37,330 bases of DNA. Source: a virus. Taxonomy: Duplodnaviria; Caudoviricetes. Within the stretch, counting starts at the first letter, position 1. Every line of letters starts with the position of its first letter. Under the pieces are notes generated by a model, which was not told where the DNA came from, did not search any database, and was given only the letters and a program-made list of their open reading frames with translations. The position numbers and the translations under genes were made by a program. The DNA lies in the IMG/VR virus record IMGVR_UViG_3300043493_000052, positions 1-37,330 of that record. One strand, 5' to 3'. Below are positions 15,539 through 25,349 of this stretch, piece by piece.

Positions 15539-15721
15539 ATGGATATCAAACGAATTCTGGCATGGGCGGCTGCCGCTGTCGCCATTTTGAACGCGGTCGT
15601 TCTGGCATTGTCGCCGTTCCTGGCGGAGTATCCGCGGCTGGCACCGGTGCTGCTCGTTATCACGTCGATCACGGCGTTGATCTCGCCGTTCCTGCCGAGG
15701 GCTCAAGGAACGGGAAAGTAA
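15539..15721 (+). CDS. Holin-like two-TM protein
   Basis: Two hydrophobic helices; AAGGAG RBS; downstream of the endolysin. Confidence 0.65.
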   Translation: MDIKRILAWAAAAVAILNAVVLALSPFLAEYPRLAPVLLVITSITALISPFLPRAQGTGK

Positions 15722-15723
15722 CC

Positions 15724-15909
15724 ATGCCGGACAAGGTAACAGACAAAATGGATCAGGTCGACGACATCGCCGAAACGGTCAAGGTGCTGACGCCCGAGGC
15801 GATCGACCGGATCATCGATCAGAACGTGATCGCCCCGGTCGCGATCGGCAAAGAGGGCTGGCAGTTGTTCGGCAAGATCAAGTCGATGTTCAAAAAGAAA
15901 AAGAAATGA
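15724..15909 (+). CDS. Small protein with an amphipathic, basic C-terminus
   Basis: MPDKVTDK...WQLFGKIKSMFKKKKK; ATGA overlap with the next gene. Confidence 0.55.
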   Translation: MPDKVTDKMDQVDDIAETVKVLTPEAIDRIIDQNVIAPVAIGKEGWQLFGKIKSMFKKKKK

Positions 15910-16229
15910 GATTCGATGTTCACATTCACCATCACGGCAGTGCGGCCGACGCCTGCATTTTACAGCAATTAGACCAAATCAAGGAGATACTTATGTCAAC
16001 ACAAGCAGATATTGATGCCCTGACCCAGCAGGTCAACGCGGCAACGGCAGAGATCGTTCAAAAGATCGAAGAGGAATCGCAGCAGGTTCAGGATTTCATC
16101 GCATCGCATCCTGATATCGATACATCGGCACTTGAGAGTGCGGTCGCAGGACTGAACTCGATCGCCGAATCCGTCGATAACATCATGCCGGATGCACCGG
16201 TAGAGCCGGAACCCGTACCGGAAGGCTAA
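15906..16229 (+). CDS. Coiled-coil protein in the lysis cluster
   Basis: MRFDVHIHHH N-terminus; a second in-frame start (MSTQAD) has an AAGGAG RBS. Confidence 0.65.
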   Translation: MRFDVHIHHHGSAADACILQQLDQIKEILMSTQADIDALTQQVNAATAEIVQKIEEESQQVQDFIASHPDIDTSALESAVAGLNSIAESVDNIMPDAPVEPEPVPEG

Positions 16230-16231
16230 TT

Positions 16232-16277
16232 AAACTTGGCGTGGTCCGAGTCCTTCGGCTGCGGACCACGCCAATTT
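16232..16277. terminator. Strong hairpin containing the TGGCGTGGT motif
   Basis: 13-bp stem TTGGCGTGGTCCG/CGGACCACGCCAA. Confidence 0.6.
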
Positions 16278-16310
16278 ACACAAAGGACTAAATGAGGAAG
16301 GTTTGCCCAC

Positions 16311-16667
16311 ATGAACAGATTGATCCTTGCCGCAACGGTCGGCGAATGGCTGGAAGCCAACATCATCGCGTTGCTGGTTTTCATCGGTTCGCTGATCGCG
16401 ATCATTTTCAAGATCGGACGAAATACGGCAAAGATCGATGAAATGTACGAGGAAATGGGCGAAATGGAAGACACATACAAAGTTAGCAGCCGCCTGCTTG
16501 CCGATCACATCGCCGACGCAGATAAACACGTAAACCATCTGTATATGCAGACGGTCAAGGAGCGGATAACCAAGCTCGATGACCGCATGGACAAAATGGA
16601 AACAACGATGTCCAACGGCTTCGAGAAAATGGGCAATAAGCTCGACGGCATCGCACGCAAGCAATAA
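16311..16667 (+). CDS. N-terminal TM plus coiled-coil protein (holin/spanin-like)
   Basis: IIALLVFIGSLIAIIF followed by heptads. Confidence 0.6.
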   Translation: MNRLILAATVGEWLEANIIALLVFIGSLIAIIFKIGRNTAKIDEMYEEMGEMEDTYKVSSRLLADHIADADKHVNHLYMQTVKERITKLDDRMDKMETTMSNGFEKMGNKLDGIARKQ

Positions 16668-19364
16668 ATGAACCTACTCGGAGCAATACTTTACGACCCT
16701 TCCTCGGCCGGAACGAAGGCGACGTCATCGAATATCGCGATGACGGCCATCGACACGACCAATCTGCGTCTGACCGTCACCGTTCCGGCACACGGATATA
16801 TCCGCGTGAAAATGTCGTGTGCTATTGAAGGCGGCACGACCTTTCCACAGATATTGCTCGGCGTTATGGTCGGTGCTGCGATCTCGGGCCGCATCGCGCC
16901 GCAGATGGTCATAAACGGAACCGCACTTGCGACGACCAGAGCTGTTGCGGTGGCAGAATTCACCATCGCGGGACTGACGCCCGGCTCGACCGTGTTTGAT
17001 GCGGCGTACGGCGTTGAATTCCTCGTCGCTTCGACCAATATCAAATACGGCGGCCCGAATAACACGACCGCATCCGATGCCTGGGGCGGATTCTCTTATG
17101 AGATCTGGGATCCGCGACCGTTGACTTTAGCTCTTGATGGCGGCGTGAATGTTTCGCAGTGGAAAGGCGGCACAGTTCCTGCAACCAACGTGACCGGCGT
17201 TCCACTCGTTGATGACAAATATTTACTTGGAACTATCTATTCGACACCGGCGACCGCAGGAATTCAGGACATCAACGTCAAGAATATGAACAACGTCGCC
17301 GCGACGTCGATCACGACGATCAACGCGAATCAAGGCACAACGCAGCCGATAAACTTCACCGGAACAGGTGCGAGTGCGTTGGCAAAGACCGACGTTGTGG
17401 ATTTTGGCGGAGCCGCCGGAACGTTTGCGAGCGGAAGGCCTGAGGTCAACACGACGCACTTTGCCGGAACCGCCGCGACCGCAGCCGCAGGCATTCCCGA
17501 AGTCAAAACGCAAAGCATCACGAATAATGCCATCACGGCTGCGGCGATAAATGCGGATGCGATCACGGCCGCCAAAATTGCGGACGGTGCCATCGATGCC
17601 GCGACCTTTGCCGCCGGTGCGATCAATGCGGCGGCAATAGCTGCTGACGCGATCGGTGCAAGCGAACTTGCTGCCGATGCTGTCACCGAGATCCAGAGCG
17701 GACTCGCCACGGCTACCAACCTCGCCACGGTTGCCGGTTATATCGACACGGAAGTTGCGGCAATTAAAACCGTGACGGACCAGATCACCTTCGGCACCGC
17801 GAACCGCGTCAATGCTCAAGTGTTCGGCGTGGAAAACAACGCCATCACCGCTGCGGCGATCGCAGCCGACGCCATTGGAGCCTCGGAACTCGCGGCTGAT
17901 GCCGTAACTGAAATTCAATCAGGCCTCGCGACCGCTTCGGCACTAACGACAGTGGCGGGCTATATCGATACGGAGGTTGCTTCGATACTCGCTGCGGTTG
18001 ATACGGAAGTTGCTGCGATCAAACTTAAAACGGATAACTTACCATCCGACCCCGCAGACGCTTCGGACGTTGCGGCAGCTATCACGGCGGCGACATCACC
18101 GCTTGCAACTGCGGCGAGTCTCGCAACGGTCGCTGGTTACATTGATACCGAGATCGGCACGATCATGACCGGCGTTGCCGACGTTCAAACAAAGATCGGA
18201 ACGCCCGCGGCTTCGGTTTCGGCTGACATCGCAGCCGCAAAGGCCGATACCGCAGCGATCAAGCTCAAAACCGATAACCTTCCGTCTGACCCGGCTGATG
18301 CCTCGGTTATTGCCGGAAGGTTCGACACCATCGACTCGGAGATTGGGTTGCTCGGTGACACCATTGGGGAGACTTTCGTTAATACTAACGTCCTCCGCGA
18401 AAAAACGGATGGGCTAGTTTATATGTACGGAGCCATAGGTTCGACTGGCAACAGTACGACACAGATACATCTGCCGGATGTCGGGGCATACGGAACTAAT
18501 ATCCCCAATTCGATGTTGTTGGTCATCAAGGATGTCAGCACTGACTTGATGTATTCGAGGTGGATAGATGGTTGGAATACCGCAACCGACATTGCGACTG
18601 TGGATACACTTCCATTTACTCCCGAAGCATCTACGGATTTGTACTGGCTGGTAACAGCTTCACGAGGCGACCTCTCCGCTCCACAGTTATCGGTTATCGC
18701 TGACTTGATTCCCTCGACTCAGGAGATTTGGGAAACCGATCTGTCCGGCCTAGATGCCGACCCGTCAATTGCGTCTGGTGCGGTTGTTCAAGTTCGCGAT
18801 CAAGTCAACGACGGATTTGCTGCCATTCCGTCCGCGTCCGTCATCGCAGATGCAGTTTGGGACGAACTCTACGACGACCACCTAGAGGAGGGTTCGATGG
18901 GGTCGAAGGTATATCAGACTCAGATAGACGTTTCGGGTTATCTTCCGTCACTGTACGAGAAGCTATCTGCTATGGTTCTCGTAACCGGAACCGTAACAGG
19001 CGAATCCAGTACCGACACGCAAGTCCACATCCCCGGTCTGTCCATAGAGGACAACGAGATCAATGGTCAGTTATTTATGATTCAAAATACTGGCACGTAC
19101 ACTCGCTATGCACGACGGATTGTCGATTGGGACGCCGATTCACACTTCCTCACATTGGACAGGGCGTTACCGTGGACACCGAACGGGAGCGAACCTTACG
19201 CCATCTTAGCCGACATCTCGCCGGGACAAATTGCGGATGTTCAAGAGAAAACCGATCAACTTACCTTCACCGAAGCTGGTGAGGTCGATGCCAACATCCA
19301 AAGCGTCAACGACGTCGAGGTCATCGGAGACGGAGAAAGCGGAACGGAATGGGGGCCAGTGTAA
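16668..19364 (+). CDS. 898-aa Ala/Thr-rich repetitive virion fibre protein
   Basis: Repeats AAAIAADAIGASELAADAVTEIQSGLATA x2, TVAGYIDTE x3, IKLKTDNLPSDPADAS x2; two related beta modules in the C-terminal half. Confidence 0.75.
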   Translation: MNLLGAILYDPSSAGTKATSSNIAMTAIDTTNLRLTVTVPAHGYIRVKMSCAIEGGTTFPQILLGVMVGAAISGRIAPQMVINGTALATTRAVAVAEFTIAGLTPGSTVFDAAYGVEFLVASTNIKYGGPNNTTASDAWGGFSYEIWDPRPLTLALDGGVNVSQWKGGTVPATNVTGVPLVDDKYLLGTIYSTPATAGIQDINVKNMNNVAATSITTINANQGTTQPINFTGTGASALAKTDVVDFGGAAGTFASGRPEVNTTHFAGTAATAAAGIPEVKTQSITNNAITAAAINADAITAAKIADGAIDAATFAAGAINAAAIAADAIGASELAADAVTEIQSGLATATNLATVAGYIDTEVAAIKTVTDQITFGTANRVNAQVFGVENNAITAAAIAADAIGASELAADAVTEIQSGLATASALTTVAGYIDTEVASILAAVDTEVAAIKLKTDNLPSDPADASDVAAAITAATSPLATAASLATVAGYIDTEIGTIMTGVADVQTKIGTPAASVSADIAAAKADTAAIKLKTDNLPSDPADASVIAGRFDTIDSEIGLLGDTIGETFVNTNVLREKTDGLVYMYGAIGSTGNSTTQIHLPDVGAYGTNIPNSMLLVIKDVSTDLMYSRWIDGWNTATDIATVDTLPFTPEASTDLYWLVTASRGDLSAPQLSVIADLIPSTQEIWETDLSGLDADPSIASGAVVQVRDQVNDGFAAIPSASVIADAVWDELYDDHLEEGSMGSKVYQTQIDVSGYLPSLYEKLSAMVLVTGTVTGESSTDTQVHIPGLSIEDNEINGQLFMIQNTGTYTRYARRIVDWDADSHFLTLDRALPWTPNGSEPYAILADISPGQIADVQEKTDQLTFTEAGEVDANIQSVNDVEVIGDGESGTEWGPV

Positions 19365-19576
19365 TGTCAGCTTGGGGGAATTCATGGGGAAGCAGTTGGG
19401 GATCCGTTTGGGGTCTCATCGGCTCGATCCTCAATATGGGAAAGGTCAGTGCCACGGTCCGGACGTTAGACGATTCGGAATGCACCGTCGCTCGCGTTAA
19501 CCAGCTCAACAGCACGACCGGCCGACTTAACCAGGTAAACGTCATTATGCGAATACGACAGCGGCGAGCCGACTAA
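19364..19576 (+). CDS. 70-aa WGxS-repeat peptide
   Basis: MSAWGNSWGSSWGSVWG; TAATG overlap with the fibre stop. Confidence 0.7.
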   Translation: MSAWGNSWGSSWGSVWGLIGSILNMGKVSATVRTLDDSECTVARVNQLNSTTGRLNQVNVIMRIRQRRAD

Positions 19577-19583
19577 AAAGAAT

Positions 19584-21896
19584 ATGTCCGTTATTTACAA
19601 AGATCGAGTAAAAGAATCGTCTGTTTCGATAGGCACTGGGAACTTTACGCTTCAGGGTGCGTATTCGGGATTTCAGACGTTTAATGCAGCGTTCGGCGTC
19701 GGTCAAGAGTTTTACTATGTGATCGAATCTGCCAAAGGCGGTAAGTGGGAAGTTGGGCTGGGCGAGCTTTCATCAGCGACCACGCTAGTCAGGACTACCG
19801 TACTTGCATCGAGTAATAGCGGCAACGCGGCGGTCTTCTCAGCGGGCACTAAAACTGTTTTTGCGAGCATACCGGCCGCGGCTATCAGCCTGAAGGCCGA
19901 CATAACCGATCCGCGAATCATTTCCACCATAAACGATCTGGACGTAGCGGGAACGGGCACGATCAGTCCCGCCGCGACCGAGTTTGAATACGAAATTATA
20001 CGGGCAACGGGAATCCTTACAGGCGATAGGACTGTGAATTGGCCTGGCACTTCAACTGACCGTCGCCAAATACTTTTCTGGAACGACACATCAGGCAACT
20101 TTGATCTTTATGTAAAGGCTACGGCAGACGCTGGTGCGGGAATACGTACTACTCAAGGTGCTCAATCCATTCTTATCAACGATGGTACGGAGGTCGTCGA
20201 TGTAACTGCAGCGGTGACGCGAGTACCGTTCTATGTTCTCGAATTCGATGGTAGTCCGCAGACCGTGGACTTGGGCCGTTATTATCCTTTCGATACCGAT
20301 CTCGGAGCGTGTTTCTATGAATGTTGGGTGCGCTTAGGTACGGGGGCGAATTCAGCGTGCTACGATTGGTCGGAAGGTTATGGCGGCGCACACGCAATGC
20401 TTCGTAATCCCTACGGAGGTAATACGTACCGTGGCTTCATTGTGATGAATGCGACGAACACCACGCCCATCATTATAACCACATCACACCCTCACGGACT
20501 GACTACCGGCAGCGGTCAGATATTAAACATCCACGGCGTTCTAGGCAACACTGCCGCAAATGTTTCTACGCCGACGATCACGGTTCTAAGTTCAACCACA
20601 TTCTCGATAGATACAAGTGTCGGCAATGGTGAATACCTCGGCGGCGGTGTCGGTTACGGTGTCGGTGGGTTTGGTGGATGGGGATTGGTTTCCTTCGCTG
20701 CGGACGACGTGCCTTATGTAGGCCAGTGGGCGCATTCCGCCACACATTTCGGAGATACAGGCGGTGGGGGGCAGGGGATCATACAATACTACGATGGCAT
20801 ACCCGTTGGCTTCACTCTAATGACGGGAACCCGCTTATGTCCGAGTGTGGGTGGTAACGGGGACGGATTTCTCGGTGGATCTGACCACAACAACTTTGTT
20901 GGACGCATAGCTCAGTATCGAATATTTGAGGGCGGATCTCCGAGAGAAAGTACGGAGGGTGGCCGGGAATCATTTCTCCCTTTTGCTCCGCACACCATCT
21001 TTGGCTCGGCACAGACAGGGATTGTTTCTGGCAACTATAACGCATCTACTCTATTCAGTTTCTATCAACCGGCTCAAATGGTAACGGATCAGGGCGTAGG
21101 TTTTCCGGTAGGGTATACTCATTCCGCTCGGCTGTACGGAGCGAATTACGGCATTGCCAACCGTTCATCATATCCTGCTCCGCAATACGTCATCGACGCC
21201 GAAGCACCGAATACTCTTGCTTTAGTCGCACCTGTTCAGCCTGACGGAAAGGTATATTCACCGCTCACGCCCCCTGCCGGAGCGATAGTTTACGACTCCA
21301 TTGAACGGGCCAATTCTACTTACGCGTTTGACGGCCGGGGAGGTCTAGGCTCAACCGAAAGCGGAAGTGCGGGAGTTCTGGCTTGGCAATACTCCGTCGC
21401 TGTCGGGCCTAGCCAGGTTTACCATTGGGGCATTCTTAATGAGCAATATATTTGTCTGGCTCCTCCTTCAGGGTCAAAGGCATACGTTGAAGCAGGTGCG
21501 ACCAACTTGGACATACGAGTTACAAAGGTTGGCCCCAGCACCAACGGTTCGGGCGGTTCGGCAACGATAATGTTTCGTTATACAGACGCCTCAAATTATT
21601 GGTATTTAGGTGTAACTCCCACGTCATGGGAATTGAATAAGGTGGTTGCCGGAGTTCTTACAAACGTGGATTTCGACACTGGACTTACTTTGAACACCGG
21701 CGTTCTGCGTGTCGTGACAAAAGCAGACGGGACTTACGCGGCATATTTTGACGCGACATCCCTTACGAGTGGAAGCTCTGCCGATCTCGCTAGTGCCACG
21801 AAAGCAGGGATCAAGACATTTGACAGCGGCGGAGTTCCAAACGATGCAGCCCTAACCCATCGTTGGAAGTATTTCACCATATTACCGGCAGTCTAA
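19584..21896 (+). CDS. 770-aa fibre/lectin-like virion protein
   Basis: DRVKE...GTG.FTL.GA..GFQTF...WEVG.G N-terminal module; NATNTTPIIITTSHPHGL beta-barrel insert; LamG/ConA-like segments. Confidence 0.75.
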   Translation: MSVIYKDRVKESSVSIGTGNFTLQGAYSGFQTFNAAFGVGQEFYYVIESAKGGKWEVGLGELSSATTLVRTTVLASSNSGNAAVFSAGTKTVFASIPAAAISLKADITDPRIISTINDLDVAGTGTISPAATEFEYEIIRATGILTGDRTVNWPGTSTDRRQILFWNDTSGNFDLYVKATADAGAGIRTTQGAQSILINDGTEVVDVTAAVTRVPFYVLEFDGSPQTVDLGRYYPFDTDLGACFYECWVRLGTGANSACYDWSEGYGGAHAMLRNPYGGNTYRGFIVMNATNTTPIIITTSHPHGLTTGSGQILNIHGVLGNTAANVSTPTITVLSSTTFSIDTSVGNGEYLGGGVGYGVGGFGGWGLVSFAADDVPYVGQWAHSATHFGDTGGGGQGIIQYYDGIPVGFTLMTGTRLCPSVGGNGDGFLGGSDHNNFVGRIAQYRIFEGGSPRESTEGGRESFLPFAPHTIFGSAQTGIVSGNYNASTLFSFYQPAQMVTDQGVGFPVGYTHSARLYGANYGIANRSSYPAPQYVIDAEAPNTLALVAPVQPDGKVYSPLTPPAGAIVYDSIERANSTYAFDGRGGLGSTESGSAGVLAWQYSVAVGPSQVYHWGILNEQYICLAPPSGSKAYVEAGATNLDIRVTKVGPSTNGSGGSATIMFRYTDASNYWYLGVTPTSWELNKVVAGVLTNVDFDTGLTLNTGVLRVVTKADGTYAAYFDATSLTSGSSADLASATKAGIKTFDSGGVPNDAALTHRWKYFTILPAV

Positions 21897-21906
21897 CATT
21901 ATAAAT

Positions 21907-22035
21907 ATGCTCGGACACGAAGCAATTTCAGAAGCACCAACGTCCGCCCTGGGGGCAGCCGCCGATGGTCCGGGCGACGTTACAACGTCCGCGGTAAGTG
22001 CAAATGCAGTTTCGGTTGAGGTAACGCTACTATGA
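21907..22035 (+). CDS. 42-aa peptide MLGHEAISEAP... (not in the ORF track)
   Basis: Fills the gap exactly; ATGA overlap with 22032. Confidence 0.65.
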   Translation: MLGHEAISEAPTSALGAAADGPGDVTTSAVSANAVSVEVTLL

Positions 22036-22331
22036 GCGATTTTGATTATATTTTGGGTGAAGCGGTTCGCGTGGCTTCTGAATTCACGAATTCTGCCGAG
22101 GTGGTGGCGGACCCGGACGCGGTGTTTTTCAAATACCGGGATCCCGAAGGACTGATCACGACGCTGGAATATCCCGATGATGCTGAATTGGTACGGGATG
22201 AGATTGGGAACTACCACGTTGATATCGAATTGACAATACCCGGCACCTGGCTCTGGCGGTCATACGCGACCGGCACCGGCAGGACGGCAACCGAGGGAAG
22301 CTTTACCGTTGCACCGTCCGAGTTTGCATAA
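22032..22331 (+). CDS. Small Ig-like virion protein
   Basis: Beta-rich; DP.G...G.YHVD.....PGTW.WR pattern. Confidence 0.65.
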   Translation: MSDFDYILGEAVRVASEFTNSAEVVADPDAVFFKYRDPEGLITTLEYPDDAELVRDEIGNYHVDIELTIPGTWLWRSYATGTGRTATEGSFTVAPSEFA

Positions 22332-22335
22332 AATT

Positions 22336-22935
22336 ATGATCAAACTCGGCGTAAAAATGATAAACCGCATTCCGTCGGCTGCCGACCTGATCAAACAGAT
22401 GAACTACGGCACGGCGGTCGGTTTGACCAAGACGGCACAGGCCGGGCAGGACGCCGTCGTCAGCAGTTTGAAAAGCACGTTCACCTTACGCGGTACATGG
22501 TGGCAGAAAAACATGCGGCACGGCATCAAGATCACGCCGGCGAAACGCGACAAGCTTATCGCCGAGGTCAAGACGCTTGCCGATTGGCTCGAACGCCACG
22601 AAACAGGCGGCATCAAGACCGCACGCGGCCATCGCATAGCAGTTCCGCTACGCGCCATGCGTGCGAAAGGTTCGACCAAGATCCTCCGCGGCCCGCAGCG
22701 TCCGGCGGCACTGCTCGCGTCGGGCAAGGCGTTCATTCTCGACACGCCGAATGGTGAAGTGATCGCCCGGCTGAAAGGCAAAGGCCAGCGGCTCGAGATC
22801 CTTTACGGCCTCGAACCGAGCGTCCGCGTGAAAAAAGAATCGACGTTTTACGAACCGATCGGCACCGTCGTAAAACGCGACCTGCACGCGAACATCCGAA
22901 AAGGGATCATCGATGCATTTAAGTCAATGAGGTAA
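22336..22935 (+). CDS. Basic neck/tail-completion (gpZ/HK97 gp10-like) protein
   Basis: TAVGLTKTAQ...HETGGIK; basic, about 200 aa; TAAATG-coupled to terS. Confidence 0.55.
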   Translation: MIKLGVKMINRIPSAADLIKQMNYGTAVGLTKTAQAGQDAVVSSLKSTFTLRGTWWQKNMRHGIKITPAKRDKLIAEVKTLADWLERHETGGIKTARGHRIAVPLRAMRAKGSTKILRGPQRPAALLASGKAFILDTPNGEVIARLKGKGQRLEILYGLEPSVRVKKESTFYEPIGTVVKRDLHANIRKGIIDAFKSMR

Positions 22936-23442
22936 ATGGGACAGGCAGCACGAAAACTTAATCTCGAACCGGAACCGGAACTGCTATCGATCAGCGAGAT
23001 CGGTCGGCGTTGCGGCATCAATCGTACGACGGCTGCCTCGCGGCTCGACGATCTCGGTTACGAGGCGGACGAAAGCTCGACGCCGAAGCTTCAGCTCTAT
23101 GCGTTCGACGACGAGATGCTTTTCTCGATCAAGTCTGCCAAGGATTCGCTTTCGGCGGCAAAGATCCGCGACATCCGTGCGGCCTCGCAGATCAAAGAGA
23201 TCAAGCTCGCCGAGATGCGGGGCGAACTGGTGCCGATCAATGACACCATCGAACGCATCCAGGCCGTGATGTCGAAAATGTATAAGGAATTCACGCAGAT
23301 GCAGCCAAAGCGTCTGGCTTCGCGGCTGGCAAAGGCAAAGACCGCCGCCGAGATAACAAAGGTCCTGAAGCTCGACACTGACAAGATATTTTTCCGCCTG
23401 CGTGAGAATGACGAGGCGTTCGTTCCGAAAATGAAACGATGA
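22936..23442 (+). CDS. terS: Terminase small subunit (Nu1-like)
   Basis: N-terminal HTH; KLAEMRGELVP motif; ATGA overlap with terL. Confidence 0.85.
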   Translation: MGQAARKLNLEPEPELLSISEIGRRCGINRTTAASRLDDLGYEADESSTPKLQLYAFDDEMLFSIKSAKDSLSAAKIRDIRAASQIKEIKLAEMRGELVPINDTIERIQAVMSKMYKEFTQMQPKRLASRLAKAKTAAEITKVLKLDTDKIFFRLRENDEAFVPKMKR

Positions 23443-25349
23443 CCGCAACCGCTCTAAAAGTAGTTACCGAAGGCATCCGCCGGGCAATTCCGGCCGGAAC
23501 GCAATCGGTGTCTGCATGGGCGGAGCAAAACCGCTATGTCGATCGCGGATCCCGCAAGGGCCGCTGGTCAAATCGAACGGTGCCGTTCGCCGTCGAGATA
23601 ATGGACGCATTTGCCGATCCGGATATCCGCGAGGTCGTCTTTCAGAAATCCGCCCAGGTCGGCGGCTCCGAGATCCTTGCGAACGTCGTCGGCTATTACA
23701 TCGAGATCGAACCGACCGAGATCGCGTACGTTGCCGAAAAAGAAGACAAAACGCGGGCGTGGATGGTCGAATCGTTCGATTCGATGGTACGTGCCACACC
23801 GACGCTTGAACGCCTGGTCAAAACCTCGGACGAGGACAACAATCAACGCGTCAAACGGTTCCCGGGCGGGCAGTTCTTTGGCTTTTGGGCGACGTCGCCC
23901 GCCGAGCTTTCGTCGAGGCCGATACAGGTGCTGCTCTTTGATGAACGGGCGGCATACGGTGCCACGAAAGAGGGCGACGCCGTGAAACTCGGTGAAGCCC
24001 GCACGAAAACATACGACGGCTTTGAAAAGATCGGCAAGGTTTCGACGCCTCGGCTTGCGGGCGATTCCGCCGATATCGAATCCGATTTCCTGCGCGGCGA
24101 CAAGCGGCAGTTCTGGGTGCCGTGCCCTTCGTGCGACGAGCTGCAGCTGCTCGAGTGGAAACATTGCCACTGGGACGGCGAACCTGATCTTGCGTACATG
24201 GTCTGCGTTTCGTGCGGCATCCAGCTTGAATATGACGACCTGCAGGGAATGCTCGAACGCGGGAAATGGATCAAAGATGCGGACCTTGAAAAGCCGTTCT
24301 GGCCGGAGCTCAACGCAGATCCGGAAGTTGCCAGCTTTCGCATCAATCAGCTTTATTCGCCGTTCGTCCGATGGTCGCGAATGGTCAAGGATTTTCTCGA
24401 AGCGAAGCATAAAGGCGTCGGCGGGATCGCAATGCAAACGTGGGTCAATACCGCTCTCGGCGAACCGTGGCGGCCTTATGAAAAGATCGACTACGGCGAC
24501 CTGACGCTTAACCGCGAAGATTATCCGGCACCCGTTCCGCCGGGCGTTCTGGTGCTGACCGCAGGCGTTGACGTGCAGGGCAACCGGCTTGAATACGAGG
24601 TCGTCGGCTGGGGCCGCGATAACGAAAGCTGGTCGATCGAGATCGGCGTGCTGGACGGCGATCCGGGCCAGAACGAGGTATGGGACGACCTTACCGAAAA
24701 GCTCTCGGCGGTGTTCGCCGGTGAAGAGAAAGACTTTCGCGTGCAGTGCGCGTTCGTCGATTCGGGCTATCACGCCCAGCAGGTCTATAAGTTCGCGAAA
24801 AAGAACGAGGGCCGCAAATGGTACGCGTGCAAAGGCCTCGGCGATCCGACAAAGCCGATCATTTCAAAAGCGGCATGGGTCGGCACAAATCCAAAGGTGC
24901 GGATGATCCCGGTCGGAACGACGGCGGCGAAAGACGAGGTTTTCAGTTATTTGAAGATCACCGAATACGGCCCCGGCTATTGCCATTTTCCGACACGGCA
25001 GGAATATGACGACGCGTATCTCAAACAGCTTTGCAGCGAGCGAAAGATACAGCGGGCACGGCTCGGGCAGACGTTCTATGTCTATGAAAAAGTGTCGCCA
25101 AACGTCCGCAACGAAGCACTCGACCTGCGTGTTTACGCCACGGCCGCCCGCGTCAAGCTCAATCCGAACTATGAAAAGATCGCGAACCGAAAGCTGCAGC
25201 ACGTCGAGCCGACCGATGCTCCGGAGATCGATCACGCAGAGCCGAACAGCGAACCGCAGAAACCGGCACCAAAGGCAACGCCTGGAAAGGTAGTTCCGTT
25301 TCGCGGCAGCCTGACGAAAAACAACCCGTTTGAAGGATATCGACCATGA
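23439..25349 (+). CDS. terL: Terminase large subunit, lambda gpA family
   Basis: KSAQVGGSE Walker A, LLFDE Walker B, VSTP, CPSC/CVSC, LTAGVDVQ, FVDSG, RNEALD. Confidence 0.95.
   Translation: MTATALKVVTEGIRRAIPAGTQSVSAWAEQNRYVDRGSRKGRWSNRTVPFAVEIMDAFADPDIREVVFQKSAQVGGSEILANVVGYYIEIEPTEIAYVAEKEDKTRAWMVESFDSMVRATPTLERLVKTSDEDNNQRVKRFPGGQFFGFWATSPAELSSRPIQVLLFDERAAYGATKEGDAVKLGEARTKTYDGFEKIGKVSTPRLAGDSADIESDFLRGDKRQFWVPCPSCDELQLLEWKHCHWDGEPDLAYMVCVSCGIQLEYDDLQGMLERGKWIKDADLEKPFWPELNADPEVASFRINQLYSPFVRWSRMVKDFLEAKHKGVGGIAMQTWVNTALGEPWRPYEKIDYGDLTLNREDYPAPVPPGVLVLTAGVDVQGNRLEYEVVGWGRDNESWSIEIGVLDGDPGQNEVWDDLTEKLSAVFAGEEKDFRVQCAFVDSGYHAQQVYKFAKKNEGRKWYACKGLGDPTKPIISKAAWVGTNPKVRMIPVGTTAAKDEVFSYLKITEYGPGYCHFPTRQEYDDAYLKQLCSERKIQRARLGQTFYVYEKVSPNVRNEALDLRVYATAARVKLNPNYEKIANRKLQHVEPTDAPEIDHAEPNSEPQKPAPKATPGKVVPFRGSLTKNNPFEGYRP

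Noticed and set aside
23568-24773. 401-aa minus-strand ORF and similar long antisense ORFs (8968-9729, 11028-11768, 35021-35845)
   Set aside because: They shadow well-supported plus-strand genes in GC-rich DNA.
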